Origin: Blochmannia endosymbiont of Camponotus modoc | Lineage (GTDB): Bacteria; Pseudomonadota; Gammaproteobacteria; Enterobacterales; Enterobacteriaceae | Direction of reading: 5' to 3' | Length of the DNA stretch: 32,000 bases | Assembly (NCBI RefSeq): GCF_023585785.1 | Contig: NZ_CP097765.1 | Coordinates: 330,001 to 362,000 of the forward strand | Shown: positions 29,657 to 32,000 of the stretch, piece by piece | How positions within the stretch are numbered: the stretch's first letter is position 1 | Layout: the number at the start of each line of letters is the position of its first letter | Notes under the pieces: model-generated | Told to the model about the DNA's origin: nothing | What the model saw: the letters and a program-made list of their open reading frames with translations, nothing else | The model's database searches: none | Translations under genes and position numbers: made by a program

Positions 29657-32000
29657 TTACAATATATTATGTAATAAGGAATTTACTTCAATAGATATTT
29701 TGGATGCAGTTGCCATATTGTTAATACCGGCTTGAGCAAAATCAGGTCTACCTCCACCTTTTCCACCAAGGATATTGATGATACACTGAACTAAAGATAA
29801 AGCATTTATACGATTACGTTCTATTAAATCTTTAGTTACAGCTGCTACTAAATTAATTTTGTTGTTTGTATTGAGATTAATAAGAACAATCACTCCTGAT
29901 TTTAACTGATGTTTAATACAATCTGTCATATTAAATAATGTTTTTGGCGACATGTTGACAACCTGCTTAATTAAGATTCGTACATCTTTAATATAATAGA
30001 TATCCTTAATGAACGATAAACTTTGTTGTATAATTTGTTGATTTCTTAAAGAATCTATTTCTTTTTCTAATTTTTGATAACGACATTTAAATTCATATAT
30101 TTTACTTAATATATTCTTATCATCACTTTGAGTCGATTGAAAAATATTTCTAAGTAACATTTTATATTGATGTATTACAGATAATGCTACGTTATTAGTT
30201 ACTGCTTCAACACGTCTAATACCAGCAGCAATACTACATTCTTTGGTAATTACAAATATACCAATTTCTCCAGTATGCTCAGCATGAGTTCCTCCGCATA
30301 ATTCAGTAGAAAAATTTCCTATTTTTAGAACACGAACTTCTTTATCATATTGTTTATTTATCAATATTACAGCTTCACTATTTCTAGCTGCTTCTATTGG
30401 CATAATGTCAACTGTAATAGGAGTATTCTTCCAAATTTGTTCATTTACAATATTTTCTACTGTATTCATTTGTGTTGTCGTCATCGTTGCATGATGATAA
30501 AAATCAAACCGTAAGTATCGATCGTTTACCAAGGATCCTTTTTGCGTAACGTGAGATCCGAGAACTTGAGACAACGCAGCATGTAGCAAATGCGTAGCGG
30601 AGTGATTTAAAGAAATACATTTCCTTTTATGTTGATCTACTTGAGCGACTATTTCCTCCCCCACGCTAATAGTCCCTCTATTAACTATCCCTAAATGACC
30701 TATTGTTTGTCCATATTTTTTTGTATTAATAACCTGAAAAAATCCGGACATAGTATTTAATTGACCACAATCTCCAATTTGGCCCCCAGATTCTCCATAA
30801 AAAGGAGTATTATTCAGAATCACTATTCCTTCTTCTTTTGTATAAATTTTATTTATTGATTTATTGTTTTGGAACAATGCTATTACTCGGGATTTACAAA
30901 TCAGTTGATCGTATCCAACAAATATGCTTGATATATTACAAAATGATAATTTTTCATAATTTATATCACATTTATTTAATTCTTTCGTATATTTTTTTTG
31001 TGTCAACATAGCTTGATCAAATCCTGCTTGATCTACGTGTATGCCACGTTTTAAACAGACGTCTTGAGTTAATTCCAATGGAAATCCATAAGTATCATAT
31101 AAATTAAATGCTATTTCACCATTTAGACAATTTCCTTTTAATCGTATTAATTGTTTTTCCAATAATTCTAAACCTCTTTTTAAAGTATCTTGAAATAATT
31201 TTTCTTCACTAAGTAAAATTTCTGCTATAAAATCTTTCTTTTCATGTAAAGTATCGGCTATATGCTGCATATATTTAATAAGAGGAGAAACTAATTTGTA
31301 AAAAAAAATATCATTTACACCTAATCTTTTTCCATGAAGAATAGCTCTACGAATAATACGGCGTAATACATAACCACGTCCTTCATTAGCAGGAAGGACT
31401 CCGTCTTGGATTAAAAATGAACATGTACGAATATGATCAGCAATCACATACACAGATCTATTTATATAGATATCATTAATTTTCATGATTCGAGATATAG
31501 AAGATATTAATTTCCTAAATACATCAATAGAAAAATTACTATTTACTCCCTGCAATATTGAAGTAATACGTTCCAAACCCATTCCAGTATCTACTGATAA
31601 CATAGGGAGCGATAAAAGATGACCACTTTCTTGACGATCAAACTGCATAAATACTAAATTCCAAATTTCAACATATCTTTCCCCAAATTCTTCTAAACTG
31701 CCAGGAGGCCCCCCTTGAAATCGATCACCACGATCATAAAATATTTCTGAACAAGGTCCACAAGGCCCGATATTTCCCATTTGCCAAAAATTATCAGAAT
31801 CACAAAAATCATTTGTATTGTTACCAATTCTAACAATATGTTCATTAGGAATATCTATTTTCTTTGACCAAATATTATAAGATTCACCATCGCAATTATG
31901 CACTGTTACCCATAATTTATTTTTAGATAAATTGAACCAATTAACGTCAGTCAATAACTCCCAAGCAAACTGAATAGCCTCATTTTTAAAATAATCTCCA
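29657..32000 (-). CDS. alaS: Alanine--tRNA ligase; the 5' end (about 95 codons) lies beyond the right edge of the window
   Basis: Collinear with E. coli AlaRS residues about 96-876. The frame stays open upstream of the track's Met at 31954 (..[22 protein letters not shown]..). Also ..FWQMG..GPCGPC.EIFYD.., ..VDTGMGLER.., editing-domain HSATHLLH, and C-terminal [13 protein letters not shown]. Confidence 0.95.
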   Translation of the reverse strand, partial: GDYFKNEAIQFAWELLTDVNWFNLSKNKLWVTVHNCDGESYNIWSKKIDIPNEHIVRIGNNTNDFCDSDNFWQMGNIGPCGPCSEIFYDRGDRFQGGPPGSLEEFGERYVEIWNLVFMQFDRQESGHLLSLPMLSVDTGMGLERITSILQGVNSNFSIDVFRKLISSISRIMKINDIYINRSVYVIADHIRTCSFLIQDGVLPANEGRGYVLRRIIRRAILHGKRLGVNDIFFYKLVSPLIKYMQHIADTLHEKKDFIAEILLSEEKLFQDTLKRGLELLEKQLIRLKGNCLNGEIAFNLYDTYGFPLELTQDVCLKRGIHVDQAGFDQAMLTQKKYTKELNKCDINYEKLSFCNISSIFVGYDQLICKSRVIALFQNNKSINKIYTKEEGIVILNNTPFYGESGGQIGDCGQLNTMSGFFQVINTKKYGQTIGHLGIVNRGTISVGEEIVAQVDQHKRKCISLNHSATHLLHAALSQVLGSHVTQKGSLVNDRYLRFDFYHHATMTTTQMNTVENIVNEQIWKNTPITVDIMPIEAARNSEAVILINKQYDKEVRVLKIGNFSTELCGGTHAEHTGEIGIFVITKECSIAAGIRRVEAVTNNVALSVIHQYKMLLRNIFQSTQSDDKNILSKIYEFKCRYQKLEKEIDSLRNQQIIQQSLSFIKDIYYIKDVRILIKQVVNMSPKTLFNMTDCIKHQLKSGVIVLINLNTNNKINLVAAVTKDLIERNRINALSLVQCIINILGGKGGGRPDFAQAGINNMATASKISIEVNSLLHNIL

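Overview
This window is dense, AT-rich (about 30% GC in genes, far lower in spacers) core chromosome from a genome-reduced gammaproteobacterial (Enterobacterales-derived) insect endosymbiont. The style and retained tyrosine/phenylalanine genes suggest a Blochmannia- or Ishikawaella-like organism, but the species cannot be fixed from sequence alone. Nearly everything is housekeeping and lies on the minus strand. In coordinate order the window holds: the S10-spc-alpha ribosomal protein superoperon (rpsJ through rpsM, plus the 5' end of rpsK, with secY and rpmJ); bfr; the thrU-tyrU-glyT-thrT tRNA cluster; coaA; birA; murB; clpB; rluD; bamD; pheA; tyrA-aroF; the ffh and rpsP-rimM-trmD-rplS block; tRNA-Arg and tRNA-Ser; csrA; and most of alaS. 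Two short genes missing from the ORF track (rpmJ, rpmD) and six tRNAs were found by hand translation and folding. I see no CRISPR array, mobile element, defence or toxin module, or other candidate for an undescribed multi-gene system. This is an ordinary conserved region. The points worth a second look are all signatures of reductive evolution. Both synteny breakpoints fall where E. coli carries repeated loci (tuf, rrn). The bacterioferritin has lost its haem ligand and its bfd partner. PheA has lost its chorismate mutase domain and both Phe-sensing motifs. BirA lacks the HTH domain and has a start-codon problem next to a 10-nt homopolymer. BamD has no lipobox cysteine. A good sigma32-type promoter lies upstream of clpB.
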